Origin: Xylographa opegraphella
Lineage: Eukaryota
DNA: 64,000 nt
Assembly (NCBI GenBank): GCA_022813865.1
Contig: JALDZX010000033.1
Location: 124,001 to 188,000 of the forward strand
Reading direction: 5' to 3'
Shown: positions 1 through 13,652 of the stretch, one piece after another
Layout: each line of letters opens with the position of its first letter
How positions within the stretch are numbered: position 1 is the first letter of the stretch
Notes under the pieces: generated by a model
What the model was told of the DNA's origin: nothing
The model's database searches: none
The model's input: the letters and a program-made list of their open reading frames with translations, nothing else
Translations under genes and position numbers: made by a program

Positions 1-128
1 TTTAACTGCCACTCACCAATTCCAGAGTCGGGACCAACCGGTCCAATATCATATCCTGCGTTGCATTTCAATCGTCCAGGCACTGATAGCTCTAATCCTA
101 GGACTCTAATGTCGTAGTGACCGCTAGC

Positions 129-2843
129 ATGGGAAACACATCAACCAAAGAACAACGACCGCTGTCCCCATCCTCACGGAACAGCCATGTCCGTTCAGTC
201 TCTTCGCCGCAAATAGCAACGCAACAGCCACCATCCGCTTCCGAGCAAGAGGATGCAAGATCATACGTTGTCTACAGCTCCCGTCAAGGGAGAGGCAGTA
301 GATCCGAGCTTTCGTCACTTTTGGGCATTGGTTCTGGCGCCGATAGAAATGCGGACGCTTCGGAAAGTCGAAGGGAAACCAAGCAAGACAGGGATGCTAG
401 AAAACTCGAAAAGGAGCGTATTCTACGTGAGAAAGAACGTGAAAGAAGTATGCGTGAGGAGAGTGTCGATGGGGGCTACCTGGTTACACAGGGTGTTTAT
501 ACGGGTCTTGAAGATTACAACAAGGCTATAGTAAGACAGTTGATGGTATGTAATACACTGGACAGACAGACACAGGATGTTAACGATGAGAAGATTGAAC
601 GCCGAATCGCCCCATTTTGGCGAGGCCTTAACGACCACTCGAGTTCATGGACAGAAAATCAGCTTGTGGCAGCTGTTCGGGCTCTACCAATCCCGGCCCC
701 TGACGAGATACCATCAGATGAACCACAACGAGCGTTTCCCATAGATGATACTGATGCTCGGACCTCCAATCTAAACATCAACAGTCTGACTGTTCCGATC
801 TCTTCTCGGTCGCCATCCTACAACTCTGACTCGTCATCGAACCTTTCACCCACGCAGCCAACATTTTCACTTCCCTCACCCTCGGCAGCATCCACCCTTC
901 TCCGAGGGCGTGCCAAAACATTAGCTACGCTCACAACATCGTCAAAGAATATGCCACAGGCTGAACTGGTACCTAGGGAGATGAATCTGCCAAAAGATCC
1001 CTTCGTCAATGGCCAGCACATCGAAGCTTACCTATACAAGGATGCATCTGAATGTCCAATCTGTTTTCTTTACTATCCCCCGTACTTGAATAAAACAAGG
1101 TGTTGCGATCAGGCAATTTGTTCGGAATGTTTCGTCCAGATAAAGCGTCCGGAGCCTCATCCGCCAGAGCATGCTGACTCTACTGCCCCTCCTCCCTTGG
1201 AATCTGAAAGCTTACAAGCTGAAGACATAGACCCGGATGCCTCTCTTGTTTCGGAGCCGGCAGCTTGTCCATTCTGCGTCCAGCCTGAGTTTGGTGTCAC
1301 ATTCGAACCACCTCCTTTTCGTAGAGGACTGACTTACGTTAATCAATTAGCGGGAAATTCGTTGGCCCGTGCTACATCTGCAATGTCTTCTTCATCATCT
1401 CTTGGGTCCTTCTCTGGCAGTGGCAGCTTCATACCGCCTTCAACCATCAACCGTCGCCGAACAACGTCTATATCTGCCAATTCACCAGCGGTCATAACGA
1501 CTGATCGGGTGAGACCCGGTTGGGCTTCTAAGTTGTCGACTGCTAGAGCTCATGCCGCTAGGCGGTCGGCAGCAGCTACAGCGCTACATAGTGCGGCATA
1601 TTTGATGGGTGGTCGTAACGGTTCCCCTGATACACGCAGCTTCGGAGCCTTGGGCCGCCGGGCTATTCTACGGCGAGGCACAGGTGCAGATAGTCCATCT
1701 GGAGGCAATAGCTCAACACACTTGAGTATGCTAGCATTGATGGCTGAACGTTATGGTGCACCTGCTGGCGCAAGGGGTGAAACTGACACCAACGGAGAAA
1801 CGTCTCCAACAATCTTTGGTCCACCACGAGGTAACTCCAGGAGGAACAGGGTAGACGACCTTGAGGATATGATGCTAATGGAAGCCATTCGACTCAGCTT
1901 AGCTTCGGAAGAGGAAAGGCGAAGGCGCGAAGAAAAGGAAGCCAAAAAGGAGGCGAAGAAAAAAAGTAAAGACGATAAAAAAGCCGAAAAAGCTGCCCGG
2001 AAAGCTGGCGTTTATCCGACAAGTACGAACCAGAGTACTGCCACCTTATATAGCCCACAGAGCGGGGAGATATTATCGGATAATGTCAAAGGGAAAGCCG
2101 TGCATCTCAATAATTCCGGTCGATCATCAGTACCAGAATTATCCTCTACACTTAGCAGATCAGCACCTCTTGGCGGTTCTTTGGATGACACAGCTCAGAG
2201 TCACTTGGAGAAAAGTAGAGCGCAAATAATGCTGAGTGATACTCTCTCCGCTTCTCCTTACGGTAATACCAATTATAAGCCTTCTCATCTGCGCACCTTG
2301 TCCAATGTCTCGTCTTCAGCTTCTTCGGTAGCGGATTCAGCTACCGGTATACACAACGTTGGCGGGTCACACTCATCTTTTGAACCGTCCCCAAATGCCA
2401 GCGGTCTCAACATACCGCGTACAAGCCTTCAGGAAACTTACAATTCTGGCACTCCACCTGGGGGCGGAGCCGGTACGGAATCTTTGTTTAATTTTAGAAG
2501 TCTTGCTGCCATGATAGGAAATGATGAGAATGCAGAAAATTTATCGCAAACGGGTCATGGGGGCATTTCCAATGATGGGAAAGGCAAAGATTCCACACAG
2601 GAAGAGGACGCAAGCAAGGACCATGACGAGGAACCACTGGAGGAAAGTGCGGCTGTGCCAATGGAAAGGGACTCCTCTGATCACCAATCCGAAACCAATC
2701 CAGAGGATAATGTTCATGGCGGCGAAGCAACACCACATCAAGCAGGAGATGAAACACATTCCGGCTCCAGCTTCGGATCTAAGTCGCGGGAGATACACGC
2801 TATGCACCATGAAGGGATGCATCACGAGACAGGTAGTGTATGA
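129..2843 (+). CDS. SIP5: SIP5 (Snf1-interacting protein) homolog with RING-like Cys-rich domain
   Basis: Starts MGNTSTKE (ATG 129). Motifs ESVDGGYLV and [33 protein letters not shown]...ACPFC, plus [16 protein letters not shown]. In-frame 48-nt intron 546-593 (GTATGT...AAG). Confidence 0.9.
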   Translation: MGNTSTKEQRPLSPSSRNSHVRSVSSPQIATQQPPSASEQEDARSYVVYSSRQGRGSRSELSSLLGIGSGADRNADASESRRETKQDRDARKLEKERILREKERERSMREESVDGGYLVTQGVYTGLEDYNKAIVRQLMVCNTLDRQTQDVNDEKIERRIAPFWRGLNDHSSSWTENQLVAAVRALPIPAPDEIPSDEPQRAFPIDDTDARTSNLNINSLTVPISSRSPSYNSDSSSNLSPTQPTFSLPSPSAASTLLRGRAKTLATLTTSSKNMPQAELVPREMNLPKDPFVNGQHIEAYLYKDASECPICFLYYPPYLNKTRCCDQAICSECFVQIKRPEPHPPEHADSTAPPPLESESLQAEDIDPDASLVSEPAACPFCVQPEFGVTFEPPPFRRGLTYVNQLAGNSLARATSAMSSSSSLGSFSGSGSFIPPSTINRRRTTSISANSPAVITTDRVRPGWASKLSTARAHAARRSAAATALHSAAYLMGGRNGSPDTRSFGALGRRAILRRGTGADSPSGGNSSTHLSMLALMAERYGAPAGARGETDTNGETSPTIFGPPRGNSRRNRVDDLEDMMLMEAIRLSLASEEERRRREEKEAKKEAKKKSKDDKKAEKAARKAGVYPTSTNQSTATLYSPQSGEILSDNVKGKAVHLNNSGRSSVPELSSTLSRSAPLGGSLDDTAQSHLEKSRAQIMLSDTLSASPYGNTNYKPSHLRTLSNVSSSASSVADSATGIHNVGGSHSSFEPSPNASGLNIPRTSLQETYNSGTPPGGGAGTESLFNFRSLAAMIGNDENAENLSQTGHGGISNDGKGKDSTQEEDASKDHDEEPLEESAAVPMERDSSDHQSETNPEDNVHGGEATPHQAGDETHSGSSFGSKSREIHAMHHEGMHHETGSV

Positions 2844-3169
2844 GGCGCAGAATCTACGACCTCATGAGAGATGCGGTGGATTATCTAGCATGTATGTGTA
2901 TTGCCAATCCGCTTGGATTCCAGAAGTAGAGAGGACCAATTGAATTTTTCGAGTGCGTATCCTAATAGACTAACATTGCCACTGCACCATTCCATCCAAA
3001 ATTCTGCGAATTGTGCTTGGTGGTCGTGATGGCAAAGCGCTTTGCCAAGATTGCCGGCAAGATTGGAAAATCTCTATTATGATCCTCATCTGCCTACCTA
3101 CACTACCAGAGTGATTTGAAATGCCTTCCTGCTGATCGACAAACACCCGCACCCGTGTTTTTAGCCCTC

Positions 3170-4187
3170 TCATGCAACTTGCGTCATGAACCAGCTGAGG
3201 CCGTTAGCCGGGTATTCGCCATAGTATACTACTTGGTACTGTATCCCGTCGTTGGGAAACGATACGATGGTCGGCAGATCGCTTAGGCTGTCGGAGTCCT
3301 GGTTCGCCCAGGTGGAATCGGCGCCTGCTTCGGCGTAGTTGATGCTGACATCTATCAAGTGCGTTAGCAACGAGGACACGTAATCAACATTCCACAGTTG
3401 AGAAGAAACGAGATGGTGCAGAGCACACCCGAATATATTGGTCAGCAGCATTGGATGGTACGCTCGGAGCCAAGGGTTTGAGTACTTGTGCGTGACTTAT
3501 TCTCCCATGCATGGGCGAGAAAGCGCACGTCGCGTGGGGGTTTGGACAAACGTTTAGGGCTGGAGAGGACTTACGGCCATTACCAGTGACGTTTTGCCAG
3601 GTCAGCTCGAAAGTGCCTGGAGAGAAGATGAGCATGTCCGACTGCATGCCCATGCCGCCTAACCATCCGCAATAGGTCGTGTTTGGTGGGACTTGGATGG
3701 GCACGCCGGCCGGTGGGGCTGCAGGAGCTCCTACTGAGCCATCGAATGCGCTGTCTGTACCATCAGATGTTCCATCTGAACCATCGAATGATCCATCTGA
3801 ACCACCGAGTGCTCCATCTGAGCCATCGGATGCTCCCATTGAATCATACTGCCTTTCATAGAGTATATTTCTCATCTCACCCCGGCGTAAGTCTCTGCGC
3901 GCCGTCGGGGAATTGCCGTCGCCCCCAGTGCCGTCGCTAAACCCTGAGTCCTCTGCAGCACCCGGGTTCGGTCCAGGACCCATAGGGGGAATCACTGAGG
4001 CACCGACACCCAAACACTTTGGCTGAGAGGTTCCTGCGGGGAGACCAGTCGCCGTGGTAGCAGATGCTGCGGGTCCTGCCACAGCAGTTCCCGCACCAAC
4101 ATTTTGCGGAGCAGGGGAAGCAAGAGCGACAGAGAGGAGAAAAGTAAAGATGGCTGATTTCCTCGTCAAGAGATTAGAGTGCAGCAT
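3170..4187 (-). CDS. Secreted protein of unknown function with Ser/Asp/Gly heptad repeats
   Basis: Signal peptide (AIFTFLLSVALASPAPQ). Intron about 3574-3352 (GTAAGT...GCTAAC...TAG) joins ...VTGNG-H-VSINYAEAG... in frame to the stop at 3170. Confidence 0.7.
3739..3843. repeat. Degenerate 21-bp coding tandem repeat, about 5 copies
   Basis: Units such as ccatcagatgttccatctgaa / ccatcgaatgatccatctgaa / ccaccgagtgctccatctgag, encoding SDGxxDG-like heptads on the minus strand. Confidence 0.8.
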
Positions 4188-5431
4188 AATTTATATTTCA
4201 AAGTCTATAGAACAGTGGTTTAGAGAGACAGGGGACATGCAGAAGCTTGGAGGATGCTAGGTAGTAGGATAATGTTATATATCGCATTGCGGGTAAAGCA
4301 AGTGGAACAACTAAAGGTGAGACCGATTGAGACTGGAGGTTGCGAGGCACTGGACACGAAGAGCGGAAGGAGAATGAAAGACATATGTGTTGTGTTTACT
4401 ATACGAGACCGAAGCAGCGAGAGGGCGGCTGGGAGAGCCAGATGCGCCATGCTTCAGATCTTTGCGCAAGATTCTTGCATAGCAAGCGAGCATTCCAAAC
4501 GATATTCAAACACTACAGCCTCAATATGGGAGCGAATTTGGCCTTTGATGAGTGGATTGTAATACTGGCATCTGTGCATCATGAGTGAGGCTTCCGTGGT
4601 TGTTGTGGACAGGTGCCCGACTGCCCCAAGCTAGGATATCTCGATATTTGATTGCCACTAGGCCGCTAGTTCTACCAGCTAAGCGCGTGTGACCAGCCTT
4701 CAGTCTGCCTCTTTCTCTCCTCAGCTCCTGTCCCTGTCGTCCTTGTGGCTGCTGTCAGCCAGCCTCAGACTGATCCGCGGACCACATAAAGGATTGCCAA
4801 CCCTCCATACCGCTACACCGTACTTTCGAGATGTTATCACGTTCGTCAGCCTCGACGCGCCAATGCTTGGGTCTTGCATGATCGATTGGATTCTGGTGAT
4901 TTGGGACCCCGCACGTTCGCTCTCATGAGCATTCCGGGTTGAGTCTACCCACAAGAAGTCTGTATAGAATCTAGCTAGAATTTACCGATATTGATATGGA
5001 GGATGTGTCTGATCATATCGTCTTGTGCAACCATACTTACATTCAGCTGACGGTTCGCCATCCTCCATGTTAACTCAGCTGTAATCAAAAGATATGGACG
5101 AACATGTGATTTCATGCCGGTCTTATTCCATTTTTGTTCCAGAGCAAGGCTGCCGGCTCCCATGTACCTGTCGAGTACATCAGAAGCACAACTTCAAACT
5201 TTCCAGCGAATCCCACGGACCTGCGGTGAGGCCAGTCCTGTCGGTGGCTTGAGCTGAGGAAACAGCTGAATTATCCCTCCTCACTTTTGTGCCTCTCCGA
5301 AGTTGAGCAAGAACAAGAACATCACACCCCCGTTGTTTTCTATCATCACCAGTTCCTGTCCCTTTTTTATTCTTACAATCCACACTGTTCGAGTCTTTCC
5401 AAGGAACTCTTGCCCAAGCTATCATAACAAA

Positions 5432-7760
5432 ATGCCTCTAGACATTGCTGCACCAGACACATCCAAGCTCAATAATCACTTCATTTTGAAGGAGATTATT
5501 GATCACGTCTACGAGCTTGGCAATGACTTCCCAAATGTTAATCTTGAAGAACTGATCCACCAACTAACACAGGTCAACAGTCATAAGTGCGATCCAGAAG
5601 TACAGCTTCGGGGTTTTCTCAAGGTTTTCCAGAACACGCCCATGTACAGGGAAGAATACCTCAAACTGGACAACACAACAAAACGTCAATTACACGATTT
5701 CATTAACGGAGGATCAGCAGCCAACGTTGTTCAGGAACAGAGCTTTGCTCTTCACCCAAGCCCTGCAGCTAAGCACCACTTCAGATTCCTAGACTCGCTC
5801 CAAAAGCTTTTCGCCTCGACAGACAACATCCATAGCTTAGAAAAAAGCTTAAAAGCTGCAAAAGTTCCTCTAATCTATGAGAATGAAGCTCGTTCTGAAC
5901 TTATGGAGGTACGGTTTCTCACACCGCGAAATGATTCCCAGGCCTTGCCATTAAAAATCCAACAGTAACCTGACGCAGAATACAGGTATATTTAAATGTG
6001 CCCTTCGTCAACTGGGGCCAGTCAGTTCATAATGTTCCCAGCATTACGGTCGTTCCCACGAAAGTCATTGGTATCCAGAACGTAGTCCTTTATGCAAAAG
6101 AACATAAACTTCGCATTCGCTGCAGCGGCTATCGTCATAGCTGGAGTCCTCTGTTTTCCGAAGATGGCCAAATTCTTGTGTCGTTACTTAACCTAAAGCA
6201 AGTCACCGAAATTCCCGACCCTACCAGCCTGGAACCGACCCCGGCCTCAGAAAAGAATAATGAGCTCAAATCTATTGAGTTAGCACCGTCGACTCTGCAA
6301 GGATTACCAGAAAAAAGGCTCGTACGAGTAGGCGTTTCGGTCACAAATGAGGAATTTCGTTGGTGGGCTGTAGCCAACAATGCCTGGTCATTGCCTATGG
6401 ATGTCATTCTGGTCGAAGTCACGATTGGAGGTGTGAACGGACCCATTTGTCACGGCGCTGGCCGCCGTCATCAAACTATGTCAGATCTCGTCCGCATGAT
6501 AGAGTATGTTGACGCAAATGGTGTACATCAACAACTTTCGGATCCTAAACTCCTCAAAGCGGCTGCTGGCTGTTTTGGACTTTTGGGTATTGTTACACAC
6601 GTTACTCTCGAGCTTGACGCGATGACCTATGCAGTGCTTAAGCCTCGCAAACCCGATATCAGTCTCGCTATTCCACCACTGTCACTAAATGACATCCCGG
6701 TCGCACTACAGAAAGATTTCACGGATAAGCAGTACACTGATGCTCTTGCTGATTTTGAGGATCGTGCTTGCAATCATTATTACTCGGAATGGTTCTGGTT
6801 CACTTACCAACGCACTGCGTGGGTGAACACTTGGAACAATACTACGAATTCTACGGGTGTTGTAGACTACCCTTCGCCGGGCGGAGTGTGGATGCAATGG
6901 ATAGAGGGATGGATTGGAGGCATAAGTACTCATCCCTAGTTTGTAATGTCCGTAGCCTCCGCACTGACATCTTGAAGTTGCATCCACAGAGTTCTTCCAA
7001 GCCTTGCCTGGCCACTGGCAAGCTCAGCTTCTTGCTACGTTGGGTATGGCGGTCCTGCCACCTACTGTCTTTGAGGATCCAAATCCTGAGATTATCACCT
7101 ATATGCCCGATGCCCTTCACTTTCGCCGGTAAGTTGTTGTATATGCAACAACACTTGCCAATTCTGTTCAGACTAATCGGATCAATGCTCTCTAGAGGTA
7201 TCCAAAACACGCGCGTTCGTGACATGGAATTTCAAATTCCGCTACCCGCCAAAGCCGGTACTGTTGATGTACCAGACTTTGATTCTGTCCGTCGAGCCTG
7301 GTGGGATGTCATCAACCTTGTCTATGCAGATCCCAGTTGTCCGATGCGCCTCACGCTCGAGCTTCGAATCATGGGTGGTAGTGACACGTTGATGGCGCCC
7401 CAACGTGGTAACGACCTCGGCACAGCCAGCATCGAAGTCCTCACTGTTCCTGACGCAGTAAGCGATGGTGAGTGGCAAGGGTTTTGCCAGAAAGTGTATG
7501 AAAAGTGGGCAGGCTGCTCCGGGGCTGGTGATGGTGTCGGTGCTAATAGCAGGGTGAGGCCGCATTGGGCAAAGGAATGGGTGGATTTGAGGATGGGCGG
7601 GACCGACGCAAAGGTTTACCTGAGAGACGTGGCATATAAAGATGAAATCCGAATGTTCAAAGACGTCTTGGCGGAAATCGGCCAGAAGCAGAGTTGGGCA
7701 CTCGGGGATTTGAAGGAGAGATTCTCGAATGCGACTTGGGATACCATTGTCTTTGGATGA
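5432..7760 (+). CDS. FAD-linked oxidase (FAD_binding_4 plus ALO C-terminal domain; gulonolactone/arabinonolactone/alditol oxidase family)
   Basis: NWG...GYRHSWS flavin-site motif, EVTIGG...CHGAG, FGLLGIVTHVT, C-terminal RPHWAKEW. Introns 5909-5985, 6926-6977 and 7129-7195 give one continuous frame. Confidence 0.85.
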
Positions 7761-8088
7761 TGGGAACAAGTTTCGCAAGATGAAGGAACGAGTTTGAACT
7801 GAACACTGTACTTGGGAAGGATTTTGATGAGGTTATGACATACTTGTTCTGGTCAGATGTTGTGATAATTTGCTTGAAACAGAATTGTGCTTTAATATGA
7901 GCTTTGCTTGTCAGTTCGATAGGAAACCTCTAGCTCATGTTGCCTTCCAATGATTCATCCGTCTTACGGTGGCTTTCCATCCATATCGACCACCATCAAC
8001 CATGAGCCGGTACTAGTCTGACGAATCAGTCACAACGGCCTGCATCACCAAAGAGGTCTTATCACTCCTCCCAAAACCTGGTCCCAAT

Positions 8089-9834
8089 CTATGAATCAGA
8101 CTTCTGCCAATTCAACGGCCGCCTCCGTTCCTCCACGTCCTCTCCCGGCCGCTCCAGCTCCGTGAACGCAGTCGCAACCGAGCCCGTCATGTCCACCAGC
8201 GTACTCTTCGTTCGCACCCAGGCCTCGATTCCCTTCCGTCCATTCTCCACCCCCAGCCCGCTCTGCTTCCACCCGCCCACGCTCATCTCGGCGGGGCTTT
8301 CGCCCCACGTGTTCACCCACGTGATGCCCGCCTGCAGCTTCGCGATGATGGAGTGCGCCTTGTTCAGGTCCTGGGTGAAGACCCCGGCCGCCAGGCCCAG
8401 CGGCGTGTCGTTCGCCCGTGCGATGGCGTGCTCGACGGTGTCGTACGGGAGGATGCACATCACCGGCCCGAAGATCTCCTCGCGCACGATCTTCATCGCG
8501 TCACTGCAATTGCGGAAGATGGTCGGCCGGATCCAGTAGCCGTCCTCGCAGCCCGAGGGGATGTCCGCTGGGGCGCCGAGGCCGCCGTAGAGAAGCTCGG
8601 CTTTGTCGACGGAGACGCCGTGCTGGATGTAGGCGGTAACTTTGTCATGGTGCACCTTGGACACCAGCGGGCCCATGTTCGTGGTCGGGTTCATCGGGTC
8701 ACCGATGCGGACGAGGGCCATCTTCTCGAGCAGGCGGGCTTCGAAAACCTGCTGCAGCTGCGCAGGCACGAAGATGCGCGTGCCGTTGGTGCAGACTTGG
8801 CCGCTGGAGAAGAAGTTCGCCATCATGGCGCCGTCGACGGCGGTCTCCAGGAGGGCGTCTTCGAGGATGATCAGGACGCTTTTGCCGCCGAGTTCCATCG
8901 TCACGTACTTCATCTCGCCTGCGGCCGAGGCGGCCACTTTCTTGCCAGTGGAGACTTGACCGGTGAAGCTCACTTTCGCAATCGAGGGATGAGAGGTCAG
9001 GTAGGCGCCTATACGGCCATCGCCGTGGATGACGTTGAATACGCCTGGCGGAAGGCCGGCATCTGTGTATATCTGCGCGAGGGTCTCGCCGTGGAGAGAC
9101 GTGAATTCTGAGGGCTGTTTTTGCAAGAATTAAGCTAAGAGGTTGGTCAAGCTAGCTTAGAAACAATACCTTGTAAACCATACAGTTTCCTGCAGCCTGT
9201 CAGGATAGTCAACGTTAGTACTACCATTCCTGTCATAGGCATATTTTATAGCAACGTACCAAGCAAGGCGCGGACTTCCACAACGCTCTGTGAGTAAAAC
9301 AAGTCTCAGCTTCTCTCCAGATCATGTGGTGAGTAGACCAGCAGCGTACATCTGGATGGGATAATTCCACGCCCCGATCCCTGCACACACTCCCAGCGGC
9401 TCTTTCGTGGTGTAACACCACACGCCCTCTCTTAGCTGAACAGTCTCTCCATTAAGACCTCCGCCTCCGACCAGATTGGCATAGTACTCAAGGACATCCG
9501 CTCCGGTCGCTACATCCACAGTAGAGGTTTCTGAGAAGGGCTTTCCGGTATCGTGCGTTTCCGCTTCGGCGATCTTGTCATTCGCAGCCCGGAGCAAGGA
9601 TGCCGCACGGTGCAGTATCCGAGAACGCTGAATGGCGGGAGTAGTAGACCATGCCGGGAAGGCTTTCCCTGCGGCATTGATGGCGGCGTCGACATCAGCG
9701 GGTGAGGCTCCCCAGATATCCCCAATAGATTGTCCTGTGGAGGGATTGATGGCAGGAAATTGATTGGTCGGATTTGTCTGATGTGGTTTACCATCGTATT
9801 GGATCAGACGCTTATAGGGGAGTTCGAACGACAT
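8089..9834 (-). CDS. Betaine aldehyde dehydrogenase-like ALDH (BetB/BadA type)
   Basis: [52 protein letters not shown] (catalytic Cys), EEIFGPV. Introns 9349-9288, 9259-9197 and about 9169-9116 with 28- and 27-nt micro-exons. Confidence 0.9.
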
Positions 9835-11721
9835 GGTGACTGAGGGGTAGTTATCAGGAACGGTACAGTAAGGTTGAAGAACAGAGTAGAAAGAAGAAAG
9901 ACGCAGTAGGATAAGAAATGGGCCAATGGCTCTGTCATTGGTCTTGCTTGACACGGCAGTGCGAGCAAGTGAGTTCAATACCTAAGACTTAGGGCTAGCC
10001 CAGTTGATTGTTGTTAATCTCAATACGACATCTTGCAGACGAATTTTTACAATACCACGACTTTTGGATGGATAGTACGTTGTGATTCTAAATACAGATA
10101 TCTGAAAACCCATATTCTCAATCGACCCCATCAGGAGTGTGCTTACTGTATTTATTCGTCGATGAGAGCCGTTCGATAGGGGTTGATTCTCTGCTAAGTT
10201 AGGTCGTGGCGCCTATTCTAAACCGCTTAGGGGATCATTCTACCTATTAGGTGGACTAGCGTTAGGATAATATCTCTGTCTTTAGGTAAACGGTCCACTT
10301 CAACGCAATAGTAACCTATCGGTCTCCATAACCTCAGACCACTGGGTTGAATTGCCAGATAGAGTTGAGATGGGACTTGCTGTCACCGTCAACTGCCTCG
10401 ATTCTCCCGCTTCTCATGTCCGTGCTGGAATATCCATTAAGCCCCTTGAAGCAGGCTTTACCAATACTTTGAAAAGAGCATACATGCTAAGGAAAACTTT
10501 CTGATCAAGATTTCAGTGCTCCCGGCTCCCAGAATTGGTGTTTTGTCGGGACTGTGCTTCTTCTGGTTGTGTTATGATCTTTGACCTTGTTCAGTCTACT
10601 ACAAGTGGTGCCATTCTCAGCTAGCTATCTATTGCGTTTCGTATTACAGGAACTAACCAACACAATTCGCTTACTTGCAGAGATGGGGGCGGCTGTCGAA
10701 CCAGTCTATGCCCTTGTTCCAATTTATCCCTTATCTTGAAGTGGATCTACTAATATTACGCTTCTTATTCGCATACTTATACCACTCTGGCCCGCATTTT
10801 CTTCTTCTCTACACTGCATCTATCATATCTCTGAGCGCTGCAGCTCTGAACTGATGGGTAGAGACTGTTACTTCAATGCAAATTACATCGTTGTTCTTTT
10901 GTATTGACATTGATCATCAAATGCGTGGAATGACGATGACAATACGCCTCAACTATGTGTCAGCCGAATAATCCAGCACAGCACGACTGACCGCAGGATC
11001 TTCTCGAAGTAGGCTTCGGACTAAAAGGGTCGATATCAACGGAAGCATGAGCAACATTGACTCTCTTGCCTTGGTTGACTTCATTGCGTAGTCAATTGGC
11101 CGTTGTTCTCCATATGTATCATGATCCAGATGAATCTGACCAACGAGAACTATCCTGCGAGTGACGACTTAGTTATAGTGTCATTGTTGCAAGATTCCCG
11201 CTGACAACCGTTGATCCTTGAGGCATCATCTAAGACACGTAGGTAGGAATGCTGATTATCAAGATGCTTGAGCACCTGGCGTGAAGCATTGGAGAACGAC
11301 ATGTCGGATGGTTTGGGCGGGCTCCTGTTATAATAGCAGTTCTATCATTCCGTAATTCAAGAATATAAGATGAATTAAGGTATAATGACCCGATACAAAA
11401 TACTAGACCATTGTAACGCCGAGTCGCTTAGTGTTAGGGTTGCATCAGTGCAGTACCTTATTGATCGTAATTCAGTACTCTGGATATGAGGTAGGCCATG
11501 AAACATACGGAAACACGAATGCAGGAGATATTCCAAGGAAAAATTCGGTATCGCAAGCACGATGTGCACGGACCGAACGACACTTCTGATCGTTGAGTCC
11601 GAGCTCGGCTGTGAGGTCATCGGTGGTAAGCCCTACTGCCTCGACTAAGGTATCAGCGACGGGGGAGCCATATGCCATATACACGAAGAAATGAGACTCG
11701 CAGCAAGTCGCTCGTCTAGCT

Positions 11722-13123
11722 ATGTCTTCTGTTGAACGTTTTAAAGTCTCGGTCCCTGACAGTGAGCTGGAACGGCTTGGAACAAAATTGTCGACAGCGT
11801 CTTTTCCAAACGAGCTTGAGAATTCAGGCTGGGATTATGGCACCCCTCTGTCGGAAATTAAACGCTTGACAACCTACTGGAAAAAGCAATTCGACTGGCG
11901 AAAGGTGGAATTGAAGATTAATGAGCTTCCAAACTACAGAGTCCGGATCCAAGCCGAAGGATTCGAAGCTCTCAACATCCACTTCATGCATCAAAAAAGC
12001 AATGTTTCTAACGCCATTCCCTTGTTGTTCTGCCATGGCTGTAAGTTTGCTTCATGCACTCTATGAATCCGAGCTGAAGGATCACAGGGCCCGGGAACTT
12101 CCTCGAAGTTGTGAAACTCCTACCTCTCCTTGCCGGCTCTGGAAGTGGCAAGCCTACGCCAGCATTTCATATCGTGGCACCTTCCATACCGGGATTCGGC
12201 TTCTCTGAAGCCTCGAAGAAAAAGGGATTCGGCCTCGCCCAGTACGCAGAGACATGCCATAAGCTGATGCAGAAGTTGGGGTATGAAAAATACGTGACTC
12301 AAGGAGGGGATTGGGGCTGTATGATTACACGGACGATGGGGAAGCTATATCCTGAATCTTGTGTGGCGTCACATATCAATATGCCTCGCGGCATGAAGCC
12401 CTCCTTTTTCTCCCATCCTATCCTTGCTATCCAGCATTTCCTCACACCGTACAGCGAGAAAGAGAAAAGGGGCCTTGGACGAACTCAGTGGTTCCTGCAA
12501 AAGGGAAGTGGATATCGTATCCTCCAGGCGACAAAGCCTCAGACCTTGAATTATGCGCTTGCGGATAGTCCTGTGGCTTTGCTCGCTTGGATGTATGAAA
12601 AGCTTCACGATTGGACCGACAATTACGAGTGGACTTCGGAGGAGGTGCTTACATGGGTATCAATATATTGGTTCTCGACCGCAGGGGTTGCTGCTGCTCA
12701 ACGTATTTACTACGAAGCTACGCACCCGTCCCCCGAAGGCGTCCATTGTACTATGACAGAGCAGTACATTCCCCACGTGAAGCTGGGATTCGCATATTTC
12801 CCAATGGTACGCTACCAAGCTGCAGATACGGTACATGGATATCTTAACTAATCCGGGCTTCAACCGCTAGGAGTTAACAAGTCTGCCCCGTATCTGGAGC
12901 CGTACACTTGGCCCTGTCGTGTTCGAGAGCGAGCATGATAAAGGCGGCCACTTTGCAGCAACAGAGAGGTACAACTCACATCTCTACTAGACCAACGTCA
13001 TCGCTAACAAGATCTAGGCCTGACGCGATCGCAGATGATCTACAGAAGATGTTTGGCAAAGGCGGGCCGGCGTACGAAGTTGTCCCTGGCCGAGGTGGTT
13101 ACGATATCATGGCAAAATTATAA
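11722..13123 (+). CDS. Epoxide hydrolase (EHN plus alpha/beta hydrolase; microsomal EH family)
   Basis: HGWPG motif (across intron 12041-12087), nucleophile [14 protein letters not shown]. Further introns 12827-12870 and 12969-13017. Ends in AKL. Confidence 0.92.
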
Positions 13124-13652
13124 AGCGCAGAGCTGGAAATCGTGAGTTGAGGATATGGTTGACATGTCCAAGCTGATGCGGTTTCAGCAAGGGATTTATT
13201 TACAAGTACTTGCCCATGACTATCCGTGCAAGAATGAGAGCGACTCTCGACGACCACATGTTTCTCTGAACCAATGATAGATATTCCACCAATTATGCAC
13301 GTTCCAGCACAACTGCGCACGAATCACATAACAACCCTGGTCCAGTCGGTGCCAAGAAGACGGCCTGCGGCGGGCCGGACCCTCGACCCCTCACGAAGGG
13401 CTTGCTAATCCAGATGCGGTATCGGCTCGCCTTTCGGCTCAAGCGTGAAGATAAGGTAAAGAAACGGTCATGCTTGACAACGGCTGATAGCGTCGATACC
13501 TGCTGAATTCAACCTACGGCTTACTTGTGCCACCTGCGATGTGATGCTCGTGCGGTCTTCACCATTGTGCTTGCGATTTAGGTCTCTCATGAAGTATCCT
13601 CCCTCCACCTATCTTGGTCCTGTGGAAGAGACCTTATCTTATTCTAACTATA

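Noticed and set aside
8096..9111. GC-rich ALDH segment as a recent bacterial horizontal transfer, and its long antisense ORFs
   Set aside because: The gene has three spliceosomal introns, and similar GC rises occur inside TOR and CYP51. Antisense ORFs are a by-product of high GC3.
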